64,000 bases of DNA, from the NCBI GenBank assembly GCA_964187785.1, contig OZ076419.1, positions 14,198,001 to 14,262,000 on the forward strand, in the 5' to 3' direction. Shown here one piece after another: positions 24,831 through 36,797 of the stretch; the first letter of the stretch is position 1; the number at the start of each line of letters is the position of its first letter. The notes beneath the pieces are model-generated. The model ran no database searches and was not told the DNA's origin. It saw nothing but the letters and a program-made list of their open reading frames with translations. The translations under genes and the position numbers were made by a program. Source of the stretch: Amphiscolops sp. MND2022 (Eukaryota).

Positions 24831-25037
24831 TCAACCAGGTAGTTAAACCCGGATCCAGCTCCGAAGTTAACTGTACGAATTTCAACCGGCGAGTGAACCC
24901 CGGACACTATTCGAACAGGGGAGCGAAAAAGTAAGAGGTGCTTTCGAAGTATCAACCAGGCAGTTAAGCCCGGACACAACTCCGAAAACGAAGGGAGGGT
25001 TGTTAAGGTTTCAACCAAACAGTTAAGTCTGGACACC
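24831..25037. repeat. Four spaced imperfect repeats in the BEL 5' leader
   Basis: TCAACC-N4-AGT(T/G)AA-N2-3-C(C/T)GGA(C/T)(A/C)C at 24831, 24882, 24952 and 25011. Confidence 0.75.
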
Positions 25038-25085
25038 GCCTTTACAACAGGGAGGAAGCGGGGGGGGCCGTGTAAGGTGCTGAGA

Positions 25086-25814
25086 TTAAGAAGCAGGAAC
25101 GGCCCGCCTAATGGCGTTGCGAGCCCACTTGCTTGGCCGTTTCGGTCGGCTTTTGTCTGTTATTGATGACAATTCGTTCTCTTTACGGAGCAAGAAGTCG
25201 AGATTTTTCAGTTCAAGCTCGGGGCTCTGGTGTAGTGCTTTGAATTTTTTCAGAAGCTCGGAGTCCTTTTGTTTTTTCGGTGAAATGAAGTCTTTGACTA
25301 TATTGAACACATTGATGTTAAGATCGGTTTCCAATGCATTCAATTGTTCAAAAATGTCTGGGGTGCGATAACGATGGCAATACACCAGAGCACTAAGCCT
25401 GTGCTGAAGACTTTTCAACACTTCGATCAATTCGGGCACTGTTAACGAACGAAAATTATTACTATCATGTCGAGAAATACTATTATTCAGAACATCATGC
25501 CAAATAACAATGTTTTCTTTGTCTTTGTGATCATTAACGAGTAAATTCTGAACAATTTTTTTTCGGGTTTTTTGGTGTTTTTATTCAGACTCAGGCCCGG
25601 AATTGAGAATATTTTACGTTGGATGGAGTTTCAACTGGGGAAGATCAGAGAAGTGGACACAGTTTCTTTCAATCACTAACAGAGACCACATTTTGATTAC
25701 TTCATGTATAGAGTTGAAGAAAGAGTCAAAAGTGAACAAAATCTTAAAACAATATAGTTTAACTTTTACAGAAGTCTTTTTCTGAGTTTTTAAAAATGAT
25801 TTCGAAATTATCAC
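25086..25814 (-). pseudogene. SGNH-hydrolase-like ORF (frameshifted) upstream of and co-oriented with BEL gag
   Basis: Joined frames read ILFTFDSFFNS...IFSIPGLSLN...IVQNLLVNDHKDKENIVIWHDVLNNS...ALVYCHR...ALHQSPELE. The DS/PG/ND-like/H spacing resembles SGNH blocks I, II, III and V; the fold call is an inference. Confidence 0.45.
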
Positions 25815-26545
25815 TTCCTCAATGAATCAAATTATCGTGTAAAAATTCACAACAAAAGTTTTGAAATAAAAATTTGAGAAATCAAAGTTTAGTTTATTCA
25901 TGATAGCAAATTGATTAATCTAAGCAGAATTTCAATTTTTTTATTCTTTGAATGTTGAAAAAAAATGAGAATGAAAATGTGGTCTCTAAAACTCAGGTAC
26001 ATGATGACAGTTGAACGCAATTGAAAAATGATGGATCTTGCTACCAAGAATAATCACGGCTGATATTATAAAGGAAAATAAATACCACACACGAGGCTTC
26101 TTTGACAGTGAGGGACGTGGATGGAGAATACAATTGTAGAAGAATTATTGAATATGGTTAGTTTTGTTTTCGAATTTATTATCTGAGTTGTTGCTGCTGT
26201 ATGTTGACTTGATGTGTAGTATGCTGTAGTGTAAGTGTGAACTTAGATGTGTGTAACTGTTGGTTGATCCAAAATCTTTTAATGTTATTGTTTTAGGTTG
26301 TAAGTGTGTCATGGATGGTGCAGTATGTACTTCTGCACAAAACTTTGGTGCATGTTGTTTGAATGTTGTTGCTAGTTCATGTTTGTTTGATGGCTGTTCA
26401 TAACAATATTAATTATAATTTAATAAAATATACAATTTTTAAATCTAACAATCAAGTTTTAAGCCTTACAATATTATAAAACAACTATATTATAATTAAA
26501 TTATAAAATAATATGGAATAATATTTTGAATTACACCTTTATATA

Positions 26546-27011
26546 CAGTACTGTGATTAAGAAGTCGTCCCCCTATGACGTTCTCAGCCAATCAAAATTG
26601 TTTATTTGGTCTCACTTTCAATTCTGATTGGCGCATCAAGTGAAATTCACGTAAATTTAGGAAATTTTACCTTTTGAGCCTGATATTTCGAAATGGTTGA
26701 TCTATTTTGAAATCAAAATACATCAATTAATTCAGTAGATTTGTGGGAGTTAATTGAGCATAAAACTTGCCAAAACAAGTGTGGATAAAGCGGTCAAAAA
26801 TCGGAAAAACGGCAAAAAGTCTCAAATTTGCTCAAAATCAGCTATTTGTAACCTTCTCAATTTTTATCCCAGAATAATTTAAAAAACACTAATGTAAACT
26901 AGATGAAATTCTAAGAAACTTTTATCACTGATGTTTTTCGAAATTCTCGACCGATTTCGAGAAAATCGAGCCTGAAATCGCCCGGGGGACGTTTTCTTAA
27001 TCACAGTACTG
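26546..27011. mobile_element. MITE, 466 bp, Tc1/mariner-type
   Basis: 28-bp TIRs CAGTACTGTGATTAAGAA(GT/AA)CGTCCCCC with 26/28 identity (26546-26573 and 26984-27011), flanked by TA on both sides; no ORF. Confidence 0.92.
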
Positions 27012-28829
27012 TACTTTACTGTAGTGAAATGTAGTATCTAAATTAATAATATTATAAACTATTATAAACTATATTGAGACATTCTATAAATTACAATAGT
27101 ATCTTATAAGAAAAACAAATTTCATATTGTCATAAAAAACGTACAAACTGTAATAGTAAAAACAACAAATCCTAATAAATCATAATTATAATGTATTTTA
27201 CTATAATATACCATACTATGAGATAAATTATTATACTGTAATTCTTTTACTATTGATTTATCATATCACTCTAGAATATACTTTAGTATATACTAACTAT
27301 ATAAAACTATACTTCAATAATGTACATCAAAATTAAAAATTATTTATTCATGAAATTATACTTTAGTACACTATAATTTTGTATTTTATAATGTTTTACA
27401 TTATATTATATTAAAATAGACTATACTATATTGTTCTGTTCTAAACTAGATTTATAAAAATTTGTAGAATAAAAAAATATGTTTCATTTTAATGTAAAAT
27501 ATGTTGTACTTAGCTATATTATACATTTCTACCGTATACTATATGTTATACGGTGTAATACCGAACCGATCCTTTCGGTGACAAACGTCAATCAAACTCA
27601 GATCTTTCTTTGAACTTTTTTTAGAACAAATGAGATTTTTGTTCATACATATTTGTAAACATAGTGCTAAATCTTTCGTACTAAATATATATCATTTGTG
27701 TTACCAATCAGGACAGAAAGAAGATCGCTTTGACTTTGCTTTTGCGTTTAAAGATACTTTTAACAAAATCCACATTGTTTTCTTATCTAACCAAGAAATA
27801 GAACACTATATACTAGAAAATACTATTTAATGCTATAGTATACTATTCAATGCTATTATTTGCATCACTATATCTTAAATTACACAATACTAAACTATGT
27901 TATTCTACTATGGAAGAATGATTTAAGCATTTTGATTTCTTCATGAAGTGAGTTTCTTGAAGCAACATTGTCAGTTGTAACAAGTTTTTGCACTGAAGTT
28001 TATCATGTCGAAAACAGAAAGATATAAAATTGGATGATTTCCAAATAACATCAGTCGTAGTTTAGTTGTTAATCAAAATCTAACTTCTATGTGAAAAGAA
28101 TTATTGATGAAAAAAGAAAATACAATAAGGATCATGTGTGATAATCTCATTAGCATTTTCTAAGTATCATTTCGAGGGACAACAAAAAAATAAGTAAAAT
28201 AAAGGTTACAAACAATTAGGCTTTTAAATTGGGTTTTTGAGAACCATGGAATTTTTTCAAATTAGAATAACCATGAAATTATTCATTTCTTGTAAATTCT
28301 ATTGTAAAAAAAGGTTGCTTGAACTATTCACAAGGTTAAACAGAATGCGTGTGTGAACAAAACAACGATAATTATAGGTAACATCCGCAAACGATGCTAC
28401 TTCGTATTAAAGTTGTAGTCTTCTTTTTTTGGGACGTCAATAATAACAGATACTTTGTTAAAAATTGTACATTAAAAAATAAAAAGAAGAACATATCGAA
28501 CATATCGAACATATATTAGAAAAAAACGTTCCAATTTCGGATTCCAATATCGATAGTACCTACTCTCTCAACGATCACATTCGTAGGCAATTCAATCTAA
28601 AATATATGTCAAATAATCACAAATCAAAGAAAAATACCACGATATTCGTGAACTGAAATCATACGTTAGGAGTGCATAAAATTCAATAGGGTTTAATATT
28701 TCATACCTCAACGCCACATACCTCATATCAACGCCCACCGTCTGTGGGCATGCCGATGCATACCTTTTGACTACCTATACCAATTACATATCCAACGACG
28801 CCCGCACTTTCCGGGCTAGGTACTCAAAG

Positions 28830-29685
28830 GCTTTGGTAAGGGTCACAGTGAATCTGGAAGCTGAGCAACTGTCTCAAGGTCAGGTTGGTGTAGTTCACGA
28901 GGTTCCCACTGGTGACTCGGTCACAATCTACGTCCCAGATAGCAGTGGTGGGGAAGTTGGGAAAGCAGACTCTCTCAAAGCAGACCGGCTTCGTTCAGCC
29001 TTTCAAGAAGAACTCAGTGCGAAGGATACAGTTACCGCTCATGCACTTTGTTGCCATGACAACGCACAAACTCATTGGTGACACACTTGAAAAGCTGGCG
29101 ACGTCCATTTCCGCAACCGACAGTAGCTACGCTTTGTGGATGACGTCTCAAGTTCTTGTAATTGTCAGTCGTGTCAAACAATTGAAAAACCTTACTTTTG
29201 TTGGTGACAAAAACGCGACTTTAAGTGCCATCGAATCCATTTTTGAAAAGAAAGACTTGAAGAGGAACGTTTCTTCAATTTGCTAGACAAAATAAAAAAA
29301 CAACTCAAGGTGCAATTCCAGCGTTCAGCCAATCAACATTTCGAAATTATCTTACGTACCTTTTAACAAAAACATCCCAAGCACTCCTAATGGCTTCGTA
29401 TATTTTTTGATTAGTCTGAACCCGACTTCGCCCGAAATTTTTTAGGTAGGAGAAACTGAGCGCGCGCTGTTAACGCGGTTGTCGGAACACAACTGCGGCA
29501 ACGGTTCAGATTTCACGAGAACACCCCACCGTTTGTGTGGGGCAGTCGCTGCTTTTATCTGCAATTTTTCATCACGTTTTTCGCGCCGGGACTTCGAACA
29601 AGAATTACATCGAGAAATGCGTGTTCGTCATAACAATTTGAAAAATTTAAAAAGACATGCTATCTCTTTTCCAGGAAAAAGTTAA
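28830..29685 (+). pseudogene. Lineage B: helicase C-terminus followed without an intron by the best-preserved GIY-YIG domain
   Basis: QLPLMHFVAMTTHKLIGDT and QVLVIVSRVKQL, then NGFVYFLISLNPTSPEIF*VGETERALLTRLSEHNCGNGSDFTRTPHRL..AVAAFICNF...RRDFE. TAG at 29443-29445 sits at the Tyr position. Confidence 0.85.
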
Positions 29686-29755
29686 CGAAAAACTGTAATT
29701 TTCATTTTTGTGTTTGCGGTGAAATGCAGTCGACATAAAAATTTAAAAATACTTT

Positions 29756-29942
29756 GGTGGAATCGACGATGAGCGTGGTTCCAGGTTTATTATATTTAGC
29801 CTAATTTGCTGGGATCGACGATAAGCGTGGTTCCAGTTTTTTTAAACATTGATTTAATTCGGTGGAATCGACGATAAGCGCCGTTCTAGTTTTTTTCAAA
29901 TTTGATTTAATTTGGTGGAATCGACGATAAGCGTGGTTCCAG
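29756..29942. repeat. Minisatellite, 4 copies with 52-53 bp period
   Basis: Core GGTGGAATCGACGATAAGCGTGGTTCCAG at 29756, 29808, 29861 and 29914. Confidence 0.9.
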
Positions 29943-31838
29943 GTAATATTTCCTTTAGAAATACCAGCAGTGATGTAGTTAAAGAAGAAAAGGATGAAGA
30001 ACGATGTGACGGACAGATGATGACGATCTAGAAGAAAGATTAAAAGTGTAAAAGCTTGTGTACTCCTTCCAATCTTATACACAACTTTAAAAAAACATCA
30101 AAACAAAACATATAACCAGTGTGGCAGCACGTGTACTCTTTGAGCTTACCACGCTGACACACTCTACCTAAATAAAAATCGTAAAATCCCAAAAACTGAA
30201 ATTTTATACCAAAACCAGACTTTCCCAAAACCGACTTTTTCTACTTCGACTTTTTGACTAAAAGACGTTAAGACTGAGACGTGACTTTTTTAAAACCGAA
30301 CCGTTCTTTTTCCTCACATAAAGAGAATGAGTGGAGTTGATCATTGAGACGTTTTTGGCTTCAACCAAAGTAGTGTTCATGATAGATCGTCCACAGGAGG
30401 CAGAAAAGATTTGGGAATTGATTCTAATAATCCTCTTTTGTTTCTTGTGCTTCACGTTTTTTGAAAGGTTGTAGGTTTAGGACAGGCTGTAGTGATTAAG
30501 TTGAACAATTTCACATGATTGGACATGTTTCCTGCATATCACTGGGAGCCCTAACTGATAGTTCTCGTTTTGTAGATAAAAATGAACAGTTCAAATCTTG
30601 TAATAGTTGGCGCCAGTACCCTTTTCTATAGCAAACACCATCTGGTTGCCTGCAACTGCGAAACAACAGAATGCCTCCGAAACGAATCTCTTCTACAAAC
30701 GAATCTCTACTACAAACATATTCCAAGGTCAAGTTTGAAACTCATTGCTCGGACAGGAGGTGGGTTTCAACACAGAAGAAATTCATATAAGTCTGGTCAA
30801 TAAATCGTTACTTTTCCTGAAATTCATTCCTTCATCTACCACCGCTTTGTCAGTTTAAGCGCTTTAGCTTAAACTACCGGGAGCCTTCAGAGGTCGTTCG
30901 TGGTGCGGGCCTTCTGATTTCGTACACAGTAAAACCGTGTGCGATTTCAGTAAAACGAGAAAACCAACCCAGGTCGTTAAAGGTGCGGGCCTACTATTCC
31001 GTGAGGGGTAGTGAAACCAGAAAACCGGTTTTTGATGTCATGATCTAAAATACATATCCGTAATTTTTAATGTTTATCCATTTTGAAGTTTAACCTTTAA
31101 ATTAAGGACTGACCAAGCGCCCGTGTAGGCCTGACACGATTTTGGGCAGCGCGTTTCCTGAAGCCGGTGAGATAGGTAACTTTAACGTATTTTAATACTC
31201 TGTGTGTGAAGGTTGGGTTTTCAGGCTCACGTTTAGTTTTATGTTCTTAGGATTAGCTTTCTTCACAAATAAGTTTCTTGGGATTAGGTTCATTAAGTTA
31301 TCTTGTATTTTTTTTCATCAGAGTCAGCAACGACGAAAAAAAGAGAGTAGATTGACGAACCTTTTTTTAAAGTTTAATTAGTCACTATTTATTTTTCATA
31401 GATTGATTATTCATTTCATTTATTTCATTTCTTAATCTATTGATGATTATATTCATGTTAATTGAAACCTTCATAACCGAGTCTTTAATCAATCCATTAC
31501 ACATTTTTGCAATTATCATATTACTTTCAGCATGATTCACATGCGGCTTTATAATGTTTCATTCAATTTTAACTGTCGTTTTTCTCACTTTTTCCATTTG
31601 CCTGTAAACTTTGTCCTCGGCATGAGAAAAACCAGGCCTCCATCGCCTCAATTTTTTTCTGCTTTTGTTGTCGAAAAACATACTTCAATTTTTTTTCAAT
31701 TGTCTTTAAATCGGAAAATAACATTTGTGCCTTATTCTAAATTTCTCTTCAGTTACTATTTTTTTTACTCCTTATGCTATTAAACTATTTTTGTAAGCTC
31801 GTTGTATTCCAAAGCTATGTATTTTTCAGACCTTCGGA

Positions 31839-32406
31839 ATGACTACTACGAAACTAGTTATCAACGGGCTCAAATTTTCGGCTGTTTTGAAGGAGTCCAA
31901 TAATAATTCGGTTATTTTATTTGCAGATTCTCTGATAAGAAATTTCCAAATGACGGAAATTGACAAAGTCTGCTTGCCGGGAGGACGATGTCAAGATTTC
32001 AAAGCAGTCATACAGTCCATGAATTTTTCGCGACACAGAGTTGCAATAATTCTGTTTGGAGGGAATGACCTGGAGAGCAGGTTCAAGGGGAATATCTGGC
32101 GGCAGCGGTTGTCCCCGCAAACGATAACACAAGAAATAATGGAAATGGCGTTTTTTATCCAATCGACAAGTTTCGGTATACGTGGTTGGTGTGCCACATC
32201 GTGGGAATTCCTCGTTTACAGGAAGAAAAGACTTGAACTCTATGCTATTTAACAACCGCGGCCACGTTCTTTCGTACGTAGGTTTAGGCAGTCAAATGTT
32301 TAAACAGTCAAAAGGAGGCCGTTGTTGGACTGAGCCGGCTGAAGACCATCTTCAAAAAGAAAATTTTAAATCATCTGAACTAGAGCAACGTTTGTTTGCT
32401 TTTTAA
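31839..32406 (+). pseudogene. SGNH/GDSL esterase-like gene, copy 1 (one frameshift)
   Basis: VILFADSL (block I), CLPGG (block II), IILFGGNDL (block III). Continues in another frame as VGVPHRG. Acceptor TTTTTCAG lies 9 nt before the ATG. Confidence 0.75.
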
Positions 32407-32834
32407 TCTTATTGTCCTTTGCTTTTTACTTCTGGTCATTGTTTGAACTGATTGCTCGTTTTAAAAAGCTGTTTGTTTCGCCTTGTATACTGTCTACTTG
32501 CATTTGAGTTGAATTGAATTGTTTCTTTGTATATATTTCTTTTCTTATTTTTTTGAATCTAAACATACCACTTGTTCATGAATTTATAGTGTAGCCTAAC
32601 TTTATCCTAACCTTTATAGTGGTCTTCGGATTTTTCCTTCTACTCATGAAATTAAACATCTTGAAAGGTTCGGTAAATTTCGAATTACATCGAGAAATGC
32701 GTGTTCGTCATAACAATTTGAAAAATTTAAAAGACATGCTATCTCTTTTCCAGGAAAAAGTTAACGAAAAACTGCAATCTTCATTTTTGTGTTTGCGGTG
32801 AAATGCAGTCGACATAAAAATTTAAAAATACTTT

Positions 32835-33020
32835 GGTGGAATCGACGATGAGCGTGGTTCCAGGTTTATTAAATTTAGCCTAATTTGCTGGAATCGACGA
32901 TAAGCGTGGTTCCATTTTTTTTAAACATTGATTTAATTCGGTGGAATCGACGATAAGCGCCGTTCTAGTTTTTTCAAATTTGATTTAATTTGGTGGAATC
33001 GACGATAAGCGTGGTTCCAG
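32835..33020. repeat. Second copy of the 52-bp minisatellite
   Basis: Same four cores, inside duplicated unit 2. Confidence 0.9.
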
Positions 33021-34901
33021 GTAATATTTCCTTTAGAAATACCAGCAGTGATGTAGTTAAAGAAGAAAAGGATGAAGAACGATGTGACGGACAGATGATG
33101 ACGATCTAGAAGAAAGATTAAAAGTGTAAAAGCTTGTGTACTCCTTCCAATCTTATACACAACTTTAAAAAAACATCAAAACAAAACATACAACCAGTGT
33201 GGCAGCACGTGTACTCTTTGAGCTTACCACGCTGACACACTCTACCTAAATAAAAATCGTAAAATCCCAAAAACTGAAATTTTATACCAAAACCAGACTT
33301 TCCCAAAACCGACTTTTTCTACTTCGACTTTTTGACTAAAAGACGTTAAGACTGAGACTTGACTTTTTTTAAAACCGAACCGTTCTTTTTCCTCACATAA
33401 AGAGAATGAGTGGAGTTGATCATTGAGACGTTTTTGGCTTCAACCAAAGTAGTGTTCATGATAGATCGTCCACAGGAGGCAGAAAAGATTTGGGAATTGA
33501 TTCTAATAATCCTCTTTTGTTTCTTGTGCTTCACGTTTTTTGAAAGGTTGTAGGTTTAGGACAGGCTGTAGTGATTAAGTTGAACAATTTCACATGATTG
33601 GACATGTTTCCTGCATATCACTGGGAGCCCTAACTGATAGTTCTCGTTTTGTAGATAAAAATGAACAGTTCAAATCTTGTAATAGTTGGCGCCAGTACCC
33701 TTTTCTATAGCAAACACCATCTGGTTGCCTGCAACTGCGAAACAACAGAATGCCTCCGAAACGAATCTCTTACAAACATATCCCAAGGTCAAGTTTGAAA
33801 CTCATTGCTCGGACAGGAGGTGGGTTTCAACACAGAAGAAATTCATATAAGTCTGGTCAATAAATCGTTACTTTTCCTGAATTTCATTCCTTCATCTACT
33901 ACCACCGCTTTGTCAATTTAAGCGCTTTAGCTTGAACTACCGGGAGCCTTCAGAGGTCGTTCGTGGTGCGGGCCTTCTGATTTCGTACACAGTAAAACCG
34001 TGTGCGATTTCAGTAAAACGAGAAAACCACCCCAGGTCGTTAAAGGTGCGGGCCTACTATTCCGTGAGGGGTAGTGAAACCAGAAAACCGGTTTTTGATG
34101 TCATGATCTAAAATACATATCCGTAATTTTTAATGTTTATCCATTTTGAAGTTTAACCTTTAAATTAAGGACTGACCAAGCTCCCGTGTAGGCCTGACAC
34201 GATTTTGGGCAGCGCGTTTCCTGAAGCCGGTGAGATAGGTAACTTTAACGTATTTTAATACTCTGTGTGTGAAGGTTGGGTTTTTAGGCTCACGTTTAGT
34301 TTTATGTTCTTAGGATTAGCTTTCTTCACAAATAAGTTTCTTGGGATTAGGTTCATTGAGTTATCTTGTATTTTTTTTCATCAGAGTCAGCAAAGACGAA
34401 GAAAAAGAGAGTAGACTGACGAAATTTTTTTAAAGTTGAATTATTCACTATTTATTTTTCATAGATTGATTATTCATTTCATTTATTTCATTTCTTAATC
34501 TATTGATGATTATATTCATGTTAATTGAAACCTTCATAACCGAGTCTTTAATCAATCCATTACACATTTTTGCAATTATCATATTACTTTCAGCATGATT
34601 CACATAAGGCTTTATATTTCTTCATTCATTTTTAACTGTCGTTTTTCTCACTTTTTCCATTTGCCTGTAAACTTTGTCCTCGGCATGAGAAAAACCAGGC
34701 CTCCATCGCCTCAATTTTTTTCTGCTTTTGTTGTCGAAAAACATACTTCAATTTTTTTTCAATTGTCTTTAAATCGGAAAATAACATTTGTGCCTTATTC
34801 TAAATTTCTCTTCAGTTACTATTTTTTTTACTCCTTATGCTATTAAACTATTTTTGTAAGCTCGTTGTATTCCAAAGCTATGTATTTTTCAGACCTTCGG
34901 A

Positions 34902-35467
34902 ATGACTACTACGAAACTAGTTATCAACGGGCTCAAATTTTCGGCTGTTTTGAAGGAGTCCAATAATAATTCGGTTATTTTATTTGCAGATTCTCTGATA
35001 AGAAATTTCCAAATGACGGAAATTGACAAAGTCTGCTTGCCGGGAGGACGATGTCAAGATTTCAAAGCAGTCATACAGTCCATGAATTTTTCGCGACACA
35101 GAGTTGCAATAATTCTGTTTGGAGGGAATGACCTGGAGAGCAGGTTCAAGGGGAATATCTGGCGGCAGCGGTTGTCCCCGCAAACGATAACACAAGAAAT
35201 AATGGAAATGGCGTTTTTTATCCAATCGACAAGTTTCGGTATACGTGGTTGGTGTGCCACATCGTGGGAATTCCTCGTTTACAGGAAGAAAAGACTTGAA
35301 CTCTATGCTATTTAACAACCGCGGCCACGTTCTTACGTACGTAGGTTTAGGCAGTCAAATGTTTAAACAGTCAAAAGGAGGCCGTTGTTGAACTGAGCCG
35401 GCTGAAGACCATCTTCAAAAAAAATTTTAAATCATCTGAACTAGAGCAACGTTTGTTTGCTTTTTAA
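34902..35467 (+). pseudogene. SGNH/GDSL esterase-like gene, copy 2
   Basis: The 137-aa ORF is identical to that of copy 1. Confidence 0.75.
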
Positions 35468-36797
35468 TCTTATTGTCCTTTGCTTTTCACTTCTGGTCAT
35501 TGTTTGAACTGATCGCTTGTTTTAAAAAGCTGTTTGTTTGGCCTTGTATACTGTCTACTTGCATTTGAGTTGAATTGAGTTGTTTCTTTGTATATATTTC
35601 TTTTCTTATTTTTTTGAATCTAAACATACCACGTGTTCATGAATTGATAGTGTAGCCTAACTTTATCCTAACCTTTATAGTGGTCTTCGGATTTTTCCAT
35701 CTTCTCATCAAATTAAACATCTTGAAAGGTTCGGTAAAATTCAAGTGATATTTCATGACATGTATTCGTTTAATTGTCTTTGATTTTCATCACTGATCGA
35801 CGGAAAGCGTGGTCAGTGATTAGGATTTTTAAACAAAATAAGGTAGAAGTGTCATCAGTGTTCGAAGGAAAGCGTGGGTGGTGATTAGGTGAAAATTCGT
35901 TTTACATTAAAAAGCAGAGAATGAGGTGCCTTTATCTTTTTGCGATGTCTAACACAACGGCGTTTTTTAAGATTTGATCTGTTTGAATTGAGCCATGCCA
36001 CGCGGTGGAGACCGAGGACATTCTTGAACTTCATTAACCACTGATTAACCTCTAAACCAACACCCGACTGACGACGACTTCTCCAATCACGTGAGTAACT
36101 TTCCTTTTTAACACTTTCCCGCCTTCTTGACTCTCTCCGTTCAACCGTGCACGTCTGGGTAACGGGGGGGGGGGTGTCACCAATCAATTATAGCGAGGGG
36201 GGTAGGGCCCAATACCCGAGCATTTGACACTAAAAGTTTAGATCAAGTGACGACCTCTCCAGAAGTGATTTTGGATTTGAACCGTAGGAATTTAATGGTA
36301 TTTTGGCCCCCGCTAGAGATTTGGATTATAAGCGCCCCTTTATAATCCTTATTGATTTTTGTTGAAATAAATTTGTTGGTTCAAAAAACACAATATATAT
36401 ATATAGCTTTTATTACTCATGCCAGGTATTAGCGATAATAGGGTTTTTTGATATTATATGGTGGAATTAGTGGTTTGAAAATTGATATATATTAATTTAA
36501 AACATATTTAAAAATAAAAATACATCATTTTTTCCATTAAATGTATACCTTTTTAAATATTTATATGTAATAGGTTGCATTAAAAATTATTATAATATTT
36601 CAAAAATATTTCATAAAAAAATTGCAGCGTCCATTCGAGACCAGATTTAAATTCGAGCAGAGTATTATTTTTTTCATCATGTAAATTTATAAAACGTTGT
36701 GAATTGCAAGACATAATCATTTTGTGTTTCAGTTTCTCATTTCTCAGCGCTCAATGTGAAGGATGTGGTTCCAGATTTGAACTTTTTCAGGAAAAAA

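Larger units (their letters stand above)
18163..25080 (-). mobile_element. BEL/Pao LTR retrotransposon, internal region
   Basis: Single gag-pol ORF. Downstream TTGGGCCCGGAGGA followed by TGTTG (minus strand, from 18162) resembles a PPT/3' LTR junction. No matching 5' LTR was found by eye. Confidence 0.85.
29602..35742 (+). repeat. Tandem duplication of a ~3.08-kb unit (29602-32681; 32682-~35742)
   Basis: GAATTACATCGAGAAATGCG at 29602 and 32682; identical 137-aa ORFs at 31839 and 34902. Confidence 0.95.

Noticed and set aside
18313-25093. 11-nt match AGATTAAGAAG at the stop codons of both pol and the upstream ORF
   Set aside because: Too short, and the flanks do not align, so it is not an LTR pair.
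28733-28749. GCCCAC-N5-GTGGGC hairpin just upstream of the B helicase fragment
   Set aside because: A single 6-bp stem that does not match the conserved hairpin motif; could be chance.
29756-29942. CRISPR-like repeat/spacer look of the 52-bp array
   Set aside because: The spacers are homologous to each other, there are no cas genes and the context is eukaryotic; it is a minisatellite.
29801-30803. Minus- and plus-strand ORFs in the duplicated unit, including a Cys-rich 62-aa ORF
   Set aside because: Short and unrecognisable; kept in both units only because the duplication is recent.
36164-36320. G-run followed by TGTCAC (PPT/LTR-like) and a weak inverted repeat TAGCG..GGGGG / CCCCCGCTA
   Set aside because: No partner LTR, coding remnant or TSD was seen; the 100-aa minus ORF at 35885-36187 has no motif.
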